In this document: one piece after another, positions 28,090-36,651 of the stretch
Layout: each line of letters opens with the position of its first letter
Numbering within the stretch: position 1 is the stretch's first letter
NCBI GenBank assembly: GCA_004558825.1
Contig: SFDB01000001.1
Location: 137,427 to 201,426, forward strand
Source: Clostridiales bacterium
Lineage (GTDB): Bacteria > Bacillota > Clostridia > Christensenellales > CAG-138
DNA length: 64,000 nt
Reading direction: 5' to 3'
Translations under genes and position numbers: made by a program
The notes under the pieces: model-generated
The model's database searches: none
The model's input: the letters and a program-made list of their open reading frames with translations, nothing else
Told to the model about the DNA's origin: nothing

Positions 28090-29793
28090 GTGAAATTTAA
28101 TGATATGCCGTATTCACGGCCAAACGTCGACGATATCTGTGCAAAGCTCGGCGCGCTTTCGGAGCGCATGAAAAATGCCGCGACCTTCGATGAAGCCAAT
28201 GATATTTTCGTTGAGTATGAGCAGCTTAACACAGAAGTCGATACCATGTTCTCGCTCGCGTATGTAAGGCATTCGATTGACACCGAGGATAAATTTTACG
28301 ATGCCGAGGCCGAATTTATGGATGAGGCGTCGCCCGTTATCACCGAGCCTGCGCAGGCATTTAAGCTTGCATTGCTCAGCTCTCCCTTCCGGAAACAATT
28401 TGAAGAGCGCTACGGCGACCTCATGTTCAAAAACATCGAGATATCGCTTAAATCCTTCTCGCCCGAGATTATTCCCGAGCTTCAGGAGGAAAACAAGCTC
28501 GTCACCGAATACGACAAGCTCATCGCTTCAGCGCAGATACCCTACGAAGGCGGCGTATACACTCTCTCGCAGCTCACCCCGTATATGCAGGTCACAGACG
28601 ACGAAAAGCGTCTTGCCGCATGGAAGGCAAACGGCTCATTCTTCACCGAAAACGCACAGAAGCTGGACGAAATATACGACAAGCTCACGCACCTTCGCGA
28701 TACTATGGGTAAAAAGCTCGGCTATGACGGCTATACGCAGCTCGGCTATTACCGCATGAACCGCAACAGCTATACGGCGCAGGATGTGTGCAGATTCCGC
28801 GAGGCCGTTAAGAAGTATATAGTCCCCGTCGCCGACAGGCTCTACAGAGAGCAGGCCGTGCGCATAGGGGCGAAATATCCGATGAACCACTCCGACATGG
28901 CGCTGACATTCAGAAGCGGTAACCCCGTCCCGAAGGGAACGCCCGAGGAGATACTCGCGCACGGAAAGCGGTTTTATCATGAGCTTTCGCCTGAAACCGC
29001 GGGATTCATTGACTTTATGTACGACAACGAGCTTCTCGACGTGCTAAGCCGCAAAGGCAAGCAGGGCGGCGGCTACTGCACAAGTTTTCCCAAATACAAG
29101 GCCCCGTTCATATTCGCCAACTTCAACGGCACTCAGCATGACGTAGAAGTCATAACACATGAAGCCGGCCATGCATTCGCAGGCTACATCGCAAGGGATG
29201 TATTCCCGCTTGAAAACCAGAGTCCGACGCTTGAAAGCTGTGAAATACATTCCATGAGCATGGAATTCTTCGCGTGGCCGTGGGCGGAGGGATGGTTCAG
29301 GGACGATACGACAAAGTTCTATTACAACCATCTTTCTGGCGCAATTACGTTCATACCGTACGGCACAATGGTAGACCATTTCCAGCATATCGTATACGAA
29401 AAGCCCGACATGACGCCCGCGCAGCGCCATGAAGCATGGCAGGCGCTTATGAAGGAATACATGCCTTGGGTACGGTGCGACAGCGGTATACCGTTCTACG
29501 GCGAGGGCAAAAACTGGCAGCGGCAATCGCATATCTATGAGACGCCGTTCTACTACATCGACTACTGCCTTGCGCAGACCGTCGCGCTTCAGTTCTGGGC
29601 TCTCATGCAAAAAGACAGAGACGACGCCTGGAGGCGCTACATGGCGCTCGTAACGAACGCCGGCAAAAAGACTTTCGACGGACTTGTGGCTTCAGCAGGT
29701 CTTGCGACGCCATTCGGCGACACAGCGCTTAAAGAAGTGGCCGACGCCGCAGTCAAGTGGCTCGATAGCGTTGACATGAGCAAAATCAAGTAA
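28090..29793 (+). CDS. M3-family oligoendopeptidase
   Basis: 567 aa. Zinc motif HEAGHAF with a downstream Glu (..CEIHSMSMEF..). GTG start with GGAGGA RBS. Confidence 0.9.
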   Translation: MKFNDMPYSRPNVDDICAKLGALSERMKNAATFDEANDIFVEYEQLNTEVDTMFSLAYVRHSIDTEDKFYDAEAEFMDEASPVITEPAQAFKLALLSSPFRKQFEERYGDLMFKNIEISLKSFSPEIIPELQEENKLVTEYDKLIASAQIPYEGGVYTLSQLTPYMQVTDDEKRLAAWKANGSFFTENAQKLDEIYDKLTHLRDTMGKKLGYDGYTQLGYYRMNRNSYTAQDVCRFREAVKKYIVPVADRLYREQAVRIGAKYPMNHSDMALTFRSGNPVPKGTPEEILAHGKRFYHELSPETAGFIDFMYDNELLDVLSRKGKQGGGYCTSFPKYKAPFIFANFNGTQHDVEVITHEAGHAFAGYIARDVFPLENQSPTLESCEIHSMSMEFFAWPWAEGWFRDDTTKFYYNHLSGAITFIPYGTMVDHFQHIVYEKPDMTPAQRHEAWQALMKEYMPWVRCDSGIPFYGEGKNWQRQSHIYETPFYYIDYCLAQTVALQFWALMQKDRDDAWRRYMALVTNAGKKTFDGLVASAGLATPFGDTALKEVADAAVKWLDSVDMSKIK

Positions 29794-29845
29794 AAGTGCT
29801 ATCTGACGAATCATGCGAAAGGCCGCCGCAATCGGCGGCCTGAGA

Positions 29846-30037
29846 CTGTCGAAAAAGTGGCTAAACGCCACTTTTTCGAGTTTTTACGGGTTTCGCCTCT
29901 CGCATTCGCTCCCGGGCGGCAAAACCCGCAAAGTACGAAAACCTCCGGGTTTTCATCCGTTCTTACGCACATGCCGTCAGAGCCGGATTCAACATAAGGG
30001 GCTGTGGCCCCTTAACAGCCCCGGAGTTTTTCGACAG
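29846..30037. repeat. 192-bp structured intergenic element, copy A (perfect 11-bp terminal inverted repeats; MITE-like)
   Basis: CTGTCGAAAAA (29846-56) and TTTTTCGACAG (30027-37). Left-end 12-bp hairpin CGAAAAAGTGGC/GCCACTTTTTCG. A 39-nt core (29895-29933) is identical to 56771-56809. Further hairpins GAAAACC/GGTTTTC and AAGGGGC/GCCCCTT. Confidence 0.8.
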
Positions 30038-30063
30038 CCCCGTCCGTATTGACGATTATTCGT

Positions 30064-31827
30064 TTACTTGTTGAGTGCAAGACGCTCGAACTCGTCTACG
30101 CGCTCTTCATATGAGCGCAGGCTCATACGCCAAAACTCCTTATCTGTCAGGTCGATTCCCGCTATCTTTGCCGTGTCCTCAACGCTGTTTACAGTAGTTG
30201 CCTTGAGCAGCTCCTTATACTTTGATATAAACGAAGCGCCTTCGTTTACATATTTGGTATAAAGCCCTCTTGCGAACAGGCCGCCAAACGCATATGGGAA
30301 GTTGTAGAAGCTTGTGCCGCTGCTGTAATAGTGCGACTTGCAAAGCCACATGTAAGGATGCCTAAACTCCCTGTCAAGTCCGTCGCCATATGCCTCGTCC
30401 TGCGCCTTGAGCATCATCTCGCACAAAGTATCGGGGAACATGAACGATTCTTCGCGGTTCGCAAACACCTGCGTTTCAAAATAATAGCGAGAATAGATGT
30501 CGCATATTATCTGCGTCGTGTCCATGAGCTGGCCCTCTATAAGCGCAAGCTTTTCCTGCGGGTCGGCAGCGTTTTTTATGGCGGCGTCCATTATCACATG
30601 CTCATTGAATGTCGACGCGGTCTCGGCGACGGGCATTGAGTAGTCACGGTTAAGCGGCCTGTGGCTTTCGATATTGAGATTGTGGAAAGCATGGCCGAGC
30701 TCATGCGCAAGCGTAACGACGTCGCTGAACGAGCCGTCGAAATTTGTCAGCACACGGCTTTGACCATATGATGGCAGGCCTAAGCAGAAGGCCCCTCCTA
30801 CCTTGCCCTCATGCGGGTAAAAATCAATCCAGCTCTCATTGAACGCCCTTTCGACCATATCATGGAGTTCCTTATCGAAATTGCCGAATATATTGAGCAG
30901 ATAGTCGCGCGCCTCTTCGGTCGTATAAGTTTTATCGCACTTACCCATCGGCGCAAAAAGATCGTACCACGGCAAACCGTTTTCGTGTCCGAGCGCTTTT
31001 GCCTTAATCTTTAGATAGCGGCGGAAAAGCGGCATATATTCATGCATCGCCTCCATAAGCGCGTCAAGCGTTTCGCGCTTCATGCGCGCGTCTTGCAGCG
31101 TCTTGTCGAGCGGCGAAGCGTAACCGCGCAGCCTGCTTTCGTTTATAACTTGGAGCTTAATGCTGTTAAGCGACGCGGCAACCGAGTCTTTTATCTTGTC
31201 ATAGCATGCAAGCTCTGCTTCGTATGCTTCGCGTCTCACAGCGGGATCGGGGTCGTACGCCTTATTGCGTATTGACGACAGGTTTAGTTTTTCTCCCCTG
31301 AAATCAGCCGTCACAGACGATGTTAGCGAGCTTTGCAGATCGCTCCACGCACTGCCGCCGCTTATGTCGTAAAGCGCCATTATTTCTTCGGCTTCCTCGC
31401 TCAAGAGATATTTGTTATCCTTGACTATGTTATTAAGCAGATACTCGTAACTCTTTAGCAGCTCATCTCCGGCGATAAGCTCGTCAAGGTTTTCCGTTGA
31501 AGCGATGTACTTACGGAACGATGTCGTTGCCTTTGTCGTAGCGCTCATTTTAGCCATAAGCTGACCCATGTACGACGCCGCCTGCGCGTCGCGCGTGTTC
31601 ACGCTCATATTGAGGTTGCAAAACGCACCAAGGCCAAAGGCAAGCTCGTTAAAGTTCTCGTTGAGTGCAAGATAGTCATGTATCGCTTGAGCGGGGGACA
31701 TCTTCTCCTTTGAATCGGACAGCTCGTTCAGGCGCTTTATCAGGCCGTCGACGGCTTCCATATCAGCTTTGAATTTTGGATCGTCATATCCGTGATACAA
31801 AAAATCAAGAGACCATTCTTTGTTCAT
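30064..31827 (-). CDS. pepF: Oligoendopeptidase F (M3B family)
   Basis: Zinc motif HELGHAFH, about 590 aa. Start at MNKEWSL (GGAGGA RBS); the track start is 18 nt further upstream. Confidence 0.9.
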   Translation of the reverse strand: MNKEWSLDFLYHGYDDPKFKADMEAVDGLIKRLNELSDSKEKMSPAQAIHDYLALNENFNELAFGLGAFCNLNMSVNTRDAQAASYMGQLMAKMSATTKATTSFRKYIASTENLDELIAGDELLKSYEYLLNNIVKDNKYLLSEEAEEIMALYDISGGSAWSDLQSSLTSSVTADFRGEKLNLSSIRNKAYDPDPAVRREAYEAELACYDKIKDSVAASLNSIKLQVINESRLRGYASPLDKTLQDARMKRETLDALMEAMHEYMPLFRRYLKIKAKALGHENGLPWYDLFAPMGKCDKTYTTEEARDYLLNIFGNFDKELHDMVERAFNESWIDFYPHEGKVGGAFCLGLPSYGQSRVLTNFDGSFSDVVTLAHELGHAFHNLNIESHRPLNRDYSMPVAETASTFNEHVIMDAAIKNAADPQEKLALIEGQLMDTTQIICDIYSRYYFETQVFANREESFMFPDTLCEMMLKAQDEAYGDGLDREFRHPYMWLCKSHYYSSGTSFYNFPYAFGGLFARGLYTKYVNEGASFISKYKELLKATTVNSVEDTAKIAGIDLTDKEFWRMSLRSYEERVDEFERLALNK

Positions 31828-32020
31828 TTTATTCCTCCGTTGCAAAAAGCAATTTATTGGCTATATTATATCAAATCACCTTTCCCCTGTCCACACACCC
31901 GAGCACAAGTTTTCGGCAAAATCGGCTGAGCACGCCCGACGCGCAGCACTCTCTGCCGCTTCTTAATCAAAAGCTGCGTGCGCGGGTGCAAAAAGACTTC
32001 GAAAATCATATTCTGTAATC

Positions 32021-32656
32021 ATGACAAAGCTTATTATATACGATAACAAGGCCGATTCGTTTATATGCATCGACGACATGCAGCGTCCGCTGCCTTTTGC
32101 ACCGTTCTGTGCCCCGCCGCTTCATAGCTTTCTGCGCCTTTGCCATGCGGAAACCGTCTGGACGGACAGAAGAGCTATCGAAGCGCTCGACGCTACATCG
32201 AGAACATGGGGGGCGCCGCTCGACGCAAGGCTTGCTTTCAAATGCTTTTCGCCCGATGCCGTGCCGTCCCCGCAAATGCTCGGGCTGACATTGAAGCTGA
32301 ATCTTGCGGGGCTTAATCCGTCCGAACGCTGTGAGCTGAAGCGCCTTATGATAAGCATGAACGATTTTGAAAAAGTGTCTGAATCATATGAATCCGCGGG
32401 CGTTTTGACAGCAACAAAGCGCATCTCATGCTCATGCGGAACTCCTCTTTGCTTTCCCGAAGCGTCCGTAGGCAGCAGGGGTGTTTACGCCCTCCTGCTT
32501 CAATCGGCGCTTGCGGCGCTCGGCGAACCCTGCTGCATTACGGGAACGCTGTCGTGCTCCGATGTGGCGGCATCATTGCGTGCCGCAAAAAAACTCGGCG
32601 TCGAAGGCTGTTCGCGTATCGACTGCCGCGTGCTTAAAAGCATCTTCGGCCGCTAA
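32021..32656 (+). CDS. Hypothetical Cys-rich protein with peptidoglycan-binding-like C-terminus
   Basis: 211 aa with 13 Cys. The C-terminal approximately 60 aa (GSRGVYALLLQSALAALG..ITGTLSCSDVAASLRAAKKLGVEG..IDCRVLKSI) fits the three-helix PG_binding_1 pattern. The N-terminal part is unrecognised. Confidence 0.5.
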   Translation: MTKLIIYDNKADSFICIDDMQRPLPFAPFCAPPLHSFLRLCHAETVWTDRRAIEALDATSRTWGAPLDARLAFKCFSPDAVPSPQMLGLTLKLNLAGLNPSERCELKRLMISMNDFEKVSESYESAGVLTATKRISCSCGTPLCFPEASVGSRGVYALLLQSALAALGEPCCITGTLSCSDVAASLRAAKKLGVEGCSRIDCRVLKSIFGR

Positions 32657-32944
32657 GACATACGCTTAGCAGGCTCCGCTATTTCGCTGAGCGATATTAT
32701 ATCGTGCTCCGTTTTCGTTTCAATGCAGCGCGCAATTTGGAAGGCTGAAAATCAAGCGCACATCCGCTTCGGGCAAAAAGCCTCTCATAAAGCCGCTTCA
32801 TGGCCATTTTGCTCCGATTGTTTCAGATAAGCCGCGCGCCGTTTTGACGGGAGCGTCCGCTGTATGACGCATCAAGGCATTTCTTTTCGCCCGACTCGGT
32901 AATTTGGCCTTGTCTTTACAGGCTGCGGCACATATAATTGAATC

Positions 32945-33427
32945 ATGAGTGACAACATTTCTACTGTCGGCATTATTCCGATACGCGACGCTGTATGCGG
33001 CACGGCATTAAAACCTCCCTTACAGCAAAGCCCGCTTGTTTTAGCATACATCGGCGATACGGTGTATGACCTTTTTGTGCGTGCTTCGCTCGTATGCTCT
33101 ACAGACAATACGGCGCACGCACTGCACATGCTTGCGACAAAATATGTGCGTGCAAGCGCCCAGTCGTATGCCTACCGCGCCATTGAGGACATGCTTACGG
33201 ACGACGAAAAGTATATATTCAGGCGCGGGCGAAACGCACACCCGGCAACCGTACCGAAAAATGCCGACGTAGGCGATTACCGCACCGCAACGGGCTTTGA
33301 GGCACTGCTCGGATATCTTTATCTTTCCGGCGAAAACGAAAGGCTCTGTGAAATAGCGCAGCGCGCAATAAAACGCATTGAAGAATCTATGAAAGACGGA
33401 GAAAAAAATGGCTTACGGAAACAATAA
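32945..33427 (+). CDS. mrnC: Mini-ribonuclease III
   Basis: ..LVLAYIGDTVYDLFVR.. RNase III-like signature and ..TGFEALLGYLYLSG... Sits in the conserved position before rlmB. The start may be internal. Confidence 0.85.
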   Translation: MSDNISTVGIIPIRDAVCGTALKPPLQQSPLVLAYIGDTVYDLFVRASLVCSTDNTAHALHMLATKYVRASAQSYAYRAIEDMLTDDEKYIFRRGRNAHPATVPKNADVGDYRTATGFEALLGYLYLSGENERLCEIAQRAIKRIEESMKDGEKNGLRKQ

Positions 33428-34541
33428 AAGCGGCGACTACGGGCGCGGCAAGGGAAAAAACGACTACAGCGGCTCAAAGGTTCGCTATAACGAAAAGGAA
33501 GGCACGTTCGAATCGGGCTGCCGCTATAACGGCAGCAAGGGCGGCTTCAGCGACGGCAATGCGAAAAAAGGCGCTCGCAGCAGCGGCGGAGGCATGAACC
33601 CCCGCGCAGACCTCCGTAATGGAGGTCATCAGGTATATGAGCGCCATAACAGCGGCAAAAAACCATACAATGAGCGCTGCGGCCGATATGATGAGCGCGG
33701 ACAGAAACGCTTATACGAACGCGGCGGCGACGTTACCGCGCCCTTCGTCCCCGGAATGAGCGCAGCTCAAAACGCGCCTGCAAGCGAAGACGCACTCCCG
33801 AACATACTCATGGGCAGAAACGCCGTCAAGGAAGCCGTAAAATCAGGAACGAGCATAGATAAGCTTCTCGTAAGCCGTGAACAGGACGGTTCGCTCCGCG
33901 AAATAATCAGCCTTGCCCGCGACAGGAACATAATAATACACGAGGTCGCGCGCCAAAAACTCGACGAAATATGTATGCCGTTCGGCCATGGCCAAAAGAC
34001 CGGCAACCATCAGGGTATAGTCGCATATGTCCCCGGCATTGATTATTGCGACATCTCAGATATACTCAATCTCGCTCAAGAGCGCGGCGAAAAGCCGTTC
34101 ATATTGCTGCTCGACGGCATAGAGGATCCGCACAATATGGGTTCGATAATCAGGAGCGCCGTTTGCGCCGGCGTCCACGGCGTTGTCATTCCAAAGCGAC
34201 GCAGCGTTTCAATAACCGCCGCCGTTTCAAAAACCTCGGCCGGCGCCGTGTCGCACATGCTGATATCGCGCGTTTCCAATCTCGGCGGAGTCATTGACAG
34301 GCTCAAGGGCGAGGGACTTTGGATCGCAGGCGCCGATATGGCGGGTACATCGATGTACGAAACCGACCTTCGCGGAGCTATAGCGCTCGTCATCGGCAGC
34401 GAGGGCGAGGGGCTCGGCAGACTCATAAAAGAAAAATGCGATTTTCTCGTGTCTATACCAATGTTCTCTGAGCTTGATTCGCTAAACGCGTCCGTCGCCG
34501 CCGGCATACTCATGTTCGAAAAAAAGCGCCGCGACAGATAA
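33408..34541 (+). CDS. rlmB: 23S rRNA (guanosine-2'-O)-methyltransferase RlmB with an approximately 130-aa Gly/Lys/Arg-rich N-terminal extension
   Basis: The C-terminal approximately 245 aa form a SpoU/TrmH body (..GRNAVKEAVKSG..LLLDGIEDPHNMGSIIRSA..LVIGSEGEGL..SLNASVAAGILMFE). The upstream in-frame 130 codons are low-complexity. GGAG RBS; overlaps mrnC by 20 nt. Confidence 0.85.
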   Translation: MAYGNNKSGDYGRGKGKNDYSGSKVRYNEKEGTFESGCRYNGSKGGFSDGNAKKGARSSGGGMNPRADLRNGGHQVYERHNSGKKPYNERCGRYDERGQKRLYERGGDVTAPFVPGMSAAQNAPASEDALPNILMGRNAVKEAVKSGTSIDKLLVSREQDGSLREIISLARDRNIIIHEVARQKLDEICMPFGHGQKTGNHQGIVAYVPGIDYCDISDILNLAQERGEKPFILLLDGIEDPHNMGSIIRSAVCAGVHGVVIPKRRSVSITAAVSKTSAGAVSHMLISRVSNLGGVIDRLKGEGLWIAGADMAGTSMYETDLRGAIALVIGSEGEGLGRLIKEKCDFLVSIPMFSELDSLNASVAAGILMFEKKRRDR

Positions 34542-34543
34542 AA

Positions 34544-35053
34544 ATGGATGTCATAATCGTTGACGGGTATAACGTCATTAACGCCTCGAAAAAGCTTATG
34601 CGGCTTGATCTCGCTCACGCACGCGACGAGCTTTTCGATATGCTCAGGAATTACTCGGGCTTCACGGCGTCAAAGATAATGCTCGTTTTCGATGCTCACA
34701 AGCAGAACACACCCGAAAACATCGAAGGAACGCTCGATACAGGTATGCTCGTTTACACGGGCGCAGGCGAAACGGCGGACATGTTCATCGAGCGCACGGT
34801 GCGCCTCATATCGCCGCAGATTGACCGCATAAGAGTCGTCACAAGCGATAACCTCGAACAGGTCATGATAATGGGCTACGCCGAAAGAATGAGCTCGCGC
34901 GAGCTGCTCGCCGAGATAGAGCGCGCGGAGCAGGAATACGAAAAAACTTACCTTCAAAAGCATGATACGCTTCACACGCGCAACATGCTCGAAGGCCGTT
35001 TGGGCGAAGCCATGCGCGATTCGCTCGAACGCATGAGACGCGGAGGACGATAA
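34544..35053 (+). CDS. yacP: NYN-domain ribonuclease YacP/Rae1
   Basis: MDVIIVDGYNVINA.. N-terminus, 169 aa. Sits in the conserved position between rlmB and sigH. Confidence 0.88.
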   Translation: MDVIIVDGYNVINASKKLMRLDLAHARDELFDMLRNYSGFTASKIMLVFDAHKQNTPENIEGTLDTGMLVYTGAGETADMFIERTVRLISPQIDRIRVVTSDNLEQVMIMGYAERMSSRELLAEIERAEQEYEKTYLQKHDTLHTRNMLEGRLGEAMRDSLERMRRGGR

Positions 35054-35689
35054 ATGCATTCAAAACGCGGAGAGCTCGATTACAAGTCAATGACCGATGA
35101 GCAGCTCGTGGATATGTTCAAGCGCGGCGACGAAATTGCCGCGGCGGAAATATACACGCGCTACAAAAACACCGTTCGCCTCAAGTCGCGCCCATATTTT
35201 ATACTCGGCGCGGACAGAGACGATATAGTTCAGGAGGGAATGATCGGCCTTTTCAAGGCCATGCGCGACTACTCCCCCGACAAGCAGACCGTTTTTCACA
35301 CGTTCGCAGAGCTATGCATAACGCGCCAAATAATCACAGCAATACAAAACGCGACGCGCCAAAAGCATGCGCCGCTTAATTCCTATATATCTCTCAGCCG
35401 TCCGCTGCAAAACGACGACCCCGACAGGCAGCTCATAGACGTTTTGCCCGCTCACGGCAAAAGCAATCCTGAGGAGCTTGTAATAAGCATGGAGACGTTC
35501 GAGTCGATGATTTCTTTCATAAAAAGTGATCTGACGCCGCTCGAATACGATACTCTCGCGCTCTTCATGGAAGGCAGAAGCTATCAGCAGATAGCCGACA
35601 AGCTCGGCTGCGGCACAAAAAGCGTAGACAATGCGCTCCAGCGCATAAAGCGCAAGGTGCAAAAGCAAATGAACGAACAAGGAGAATAA
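35054..35689 (+). CDS. sigH: RNA polymerase sporulation sigma factor SigH
   Basis: ..YFILGADRDDIVQEGMIGLFKAMRDY..FAELCITRQIITAIQNATRQKHAPLNSY.. closely parallels Bacillus SigH. Confidence 0.93.
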   Translation: MHSKRGELDYKSMTDEQLVDMFKRGDEIAAAEIYTRYKNTVRLKSRPYFILGADRDDIVQEGMIGLFKAMRDYSPDKQTVFHTFAELCITRQIITAIQNATRQKHAPLNSYISLSRPLQNDDPDRQLIDVLPAHGKSNPEELVISMETFESMISFIKSDLTPLEYDTLALFMEGRSYQQIADKLGCGTKSVDNALQRIKRKVQKQMNEQGE

Positions 35690-35690
35690 A

Positions 35691-36521
35691 ATGGCTTACG
35701 CTGACGAAGTATTTATCGCAAACTGTAAGGATATACTCGAAAACGGCGTCCGGGACGACGACCTTGACGTGCGCCCAAGATGGGAAGACGGTACTCCCGC
35801 CCACACGATAAAGCGGTTTTGCATCGTAAACCGCTATGACCTGTCAAAAGAGTTTCCCGCGCTCACTCTGCGCCGCACATACCTCAGGAACGCCGTGGAT
35901 GAGCTTTTATGGATATGGCAAAAGCGCTCGAACAACGTCAACGACCTGAACAGCTCAATATGGGACGCATGGGCCGATGAGGACGGCTCTATCGGCAAGG
36001 CTTACGGATATCAGCTCGCAATCGAGCATGAATACAAGGAGGGTATGTTCAATCAGGTGGACAGGGTTCTTTTCGACCTGAAGCATAACCCGCAAAGCCG
36101 CCGAATACTGACAAACATGTACAATCATGCCGACCTTCACGAAATGAACCTCTATCCTTGCGCGTACGGCATGACATTCAACGTTGCAGGCGACAAGCTT
36201 AACGCAATCTTAAACCAGCGCTCGCAGGACATGCTCGCGGCGAACACATGGAACGTATGCCAATATGCCGTACTCGTCCACATGTTCGCGCAGGTATCGG
36301 GGCTCAAGGTCGGAGAGCTCGTGCATGTAATAGCCGACGCTCATATATACGACAGGCATATCCCGATAATCGAGGAGCTTATAAAACGCGAGCCGCGCGA
36401 AGCTCCGACGTTCATAATCGACACAAGCATAACCGACTTTTACGCTTTCACTCCGCAAAGCGTAAAGCTCACGGATTATCACCCGCACCCGTTTGATGTT
36501 AAGTATCCTATTGCAATCTGA
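35691..36521 (+). CDS. thyA: Thymidylate synthase
   Basis: 276 aa. ..RRILTNMYNHADLHEMNLYPCAY..NQRSQDM.. contains the ThyA active-site Cys region. Confidence 0.93.
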   Translation: MAYADEVFIANCKDILENGVRDDDLDVRPRWEDGTPAHTIKRFCIVNRYDLSKEFPALTLRRTYLRNAVDELLWIWQKRSNNVNDLNSSIWDAWADEDGSIGKAYGYQLAIEHEYKEGMFNQVDRVLFDLKHNPQSRRILTNMYNHADLHEMNLYPCAYGMTFNVAGDKLNAILNQRSQDMLAANTWNVCQYAVLVHMFAQVSGLKVGELVHVIADAHIYDRHIPIIEELIKREPREAPTFIIDTSITDFYAFTPQSVKLTDYHPHPFDVKYPIAI

Positions 36522-36593
36522 TGCACCCCTGTTGAATCGGGCATAGCGAATAAGCGATTAAAATTTTATAAACGAACAACGCTATTATTAAAG

Positions 36594-36625
36594 CGAACCC
36601 GCGACAATTTGCGCGGGTTCGTTTC
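36594..36625. terminator. Bidirectional terminator between convergent thyA and jag
   Basis: CGAACCCGCG (36594-603) pairs with CGCGGGTTCG (36612-21), followed by TTT. An A-rich run lies upstream. Confidence 0.7.
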
Positions 36626-36651
36626 CAAGCTTCGCGTAATAAATTTGCCGC

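Noticed and set aside
29813-30052. 79-aa + ORF across repeat copy A (and the 110-aa ORF 56732..57064 across copy B)
   Set aside because: The two copies are conserved at the DNA level, but the ORFs are in different frames and give unrelated peptides. The hairpin-rich sequence is more consistent with a non-coding element.
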